Source of the DNA: Fistulifera solaris
Taxonomy: Eukaryota
Length of the DNA stretch: 64,000 bases
Assembly (NCBI GenBank): GCA_030295235.1
Contig: AP026172.1
Coordinates: forward strand, 124,001 to 188,000
Reading direction: 5' to 3'
Shown here piece after piece: positions 62,041 to 64,000 of this stretch (positions within the stretch are counted from its first letter, which is position 1; each line of letters starts with the position of its first letter). A model generated the notes under the pieces. The model was given only the letters and a program-made list of their open reading frames with translations, searched no databases and had not been told where the DNA came from. The translations under genes and the position numbers were made by a program.

Positions 62041-62672
62041 TAAAGGATTACCACGACAATCTAATTGTATTGTTTCTGATAGGACTTCCAGCTCTTCGCC
62101 TTGCGAGCGATCAAAACAAATGCAATCGTCGTTAATACTCCGTAGTTTGCTTGTGTCACATGACTGAAATGCAGTCACGCAAAAAAGTCGCTTACACTTT
62201 AGCCTATAGATATCTGGAAAGCACACCCTTCATGCTTGCTTCAGGAGAATAATCGACAAAAAATTATCAATCAGTGATTTGTTTGGATTGTCTCCAAGAT
62301 TAAGGTCGAAATGCTTCGTTACTTGTTCAACTCACCAAACTGTTTTATTGGCTGTTGCTCTCCATGTTTGTCGACGTTCGCTGGTGATGAACTTGTCACC
62401 CTAACTCTAACGCAGTCGCTTGTCCAGGGTTAGAGTTAGAATGACGTACTTTTTGGTAAGATGATGACGTTTGGGAGGTCCACTATCACTCAGGAAGTAG
62501 TCTTGGCGCTTGATGGATGGCCAAGAGTGGATCGGCTATCGTCCGCAAGGAGGACTCGCTTTTGCAACGTACGAACACCTCCGCGAAGATGCCAACCGCC
62601 GTCACAACATGATTCGGACGAGATCTTTGAAGTTTTAAGAGGCAAACATCAGTTTTTAAGCTATATAGCACG

Positions 62673-64000
62673 ATGAAGTTCTCTGCAGGCGTTGTTTTGA
62701 CACTTTTGGTGTCGCCGGCTTCGACATTCGTGCAAAGGCCTTCATTAGTATTTCAGACGAAGCGGCCAACCTTCCGACATGATCGAAAGAGCAACAATCG
62801 GTCGAGCCAATTGCACGCCGTTGAAATTGCGAATGTTTTCACTGCAATTGCGGTGGATCCTGAAGTAGCGACAGCAGCGGCTAACTCGCTCGGTTTGTTA
62901 GATGTAGCCGTCTTTCTCGTGCCTTTGACGGCGTTGGCTGCGGGTGCATCAGCAATTTCCCAACGTGATCTCATTCGCAGTGAGATTGATACTACCGAGA
63001 GAACGTTAGCCGAAACAAAAGCTCTTTTGGAAAAGTCGGATCAAACTATCAAGGTAAGAGAGGAAGTAGTTGATGTGACATGAAGTTCTATTGATACTTA
63101 CTTGCTGTTTCCCGATGTGATGCCTAGATATCGTTTGCTACCGCCGCAGCAACCTTTGCTTTGGCGTTCGCCTATGAACTCGGTGTTATATCAATCCCAG
63201 AAACGCCATCGTCTTCGGTATCTTCGTCATCGGAAGTAAATAGAGTGACAAAAGCACAACAAGTGTCAGAAACGAAGGCGCCATCGAAGATTGCTTCACC
63301 CAAGCCGGTGGAGCCCCAAAAACAATTGCCGAAGTAAAAACAGAAAAGCCGAAAGCAACGTCGGATCTGCGTGCTATCCCCCCTGTGCCAGCGCTCGAAA
63401 AGGGACCCGACAACTACGATGCGCTATTTGATAAACTAATCGCACCCAAAGCCGACGAAAAGGTAGAAGCAAAAGAAGCGGTAGTCGATCAACCAAAAGA
63501 AAAGGAGGAATTGTCGGAACAACAACCCAAGGAGGGTATTGTTGATTCACTCCTTCCCAAAGCAAAGGAAGAGGCAATTGTAGAGACAAAGGATGAGCTT
63601 CCGAAAAAAATGCTAAACGAGGTTATCCCCGAGCAGATTAAAGAGCAAGGTGGAGTAGTCAATTCGCTCACGTCAAAAATCAGCGATGCCAAGGACAGCC
63701 CAAAAGAATCTAAAACGGAGACACCTAAAGAGAAAGAAGGGTTAGTCGATTCGCTTATGTCAAAGCTAAACGAAAATACTAAAGAAGAGACAACGCAAGA
63801 ATCTCCCAAAAGTGCGGCAACAGAACAGGCAAAGCCTAGCGAAGAGTCAAAGGAAGCGACAGAAGATGTTGTCACGGAACTCCCAAAAGCCGAGGTCGCA
63901 AAAGCAGAAACGCAAGAAGTGAAGAAAATTGAAACAAAAGTAGCAGAGGAAGAAGTGAAAAAGACTCCAGAGCAAAAGCCGACCGAAGCAGCAAACGATG
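62673..64000 (+). CDS. Probably plastid-targeted hypothetical protein with long K/E-rich low-complexity region (partial)
   Basis: MKFSAGVVLTLLVSPASTF presequence; TM segment; intron ~63053-63128; long open K/E-rich frame continues past the window end. Confidence 0.7.

Overview
Gene-dense eukaryotic nuclear DNA, most likely from a pennate diatom. The evidence is short GT-AG introns, bipartite plastid presequences including an ASAFAP motif, and diatom-type hypothetical proteins. About 34 protein-coding loci can be recognised, including GLE1, SBP2, ARL1, PEX19, a capping protein beta subunit, a UGA-containing glutathione peroxidase, histidinol dehydrogenase, an Oxa1-family insertase, a peroxisomal acyl-CoA dehydrogenase and a fused LeuC-LeuD. 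Many ORFs break at homopolymer runs, which most likely reflects long-read consensus indels rather than real pseudogenes. The most unusual items are three domain fusions in RNA or translation machinery: (1) an organelle-targeted HTH + MJ1316 + GGQ (C12orf65/ArfB-type) ribosome-rescue protein, (2) Gle1 continuing into an FG-repeat and CCCH tail resembling Nup42, and (3) SBP2 with three U2AF-type UHM domains inserted. Non-genic items are a TA-flanked non-autonomous Tc1/mariner-like element, a decayed SET-domain relic missed by the ORF track, a palindromic repeat array, and a 21-bp palindrome recurring in at least 7 intergenic sites. All domain calls come from reading motifs by eye; no database searches were run.
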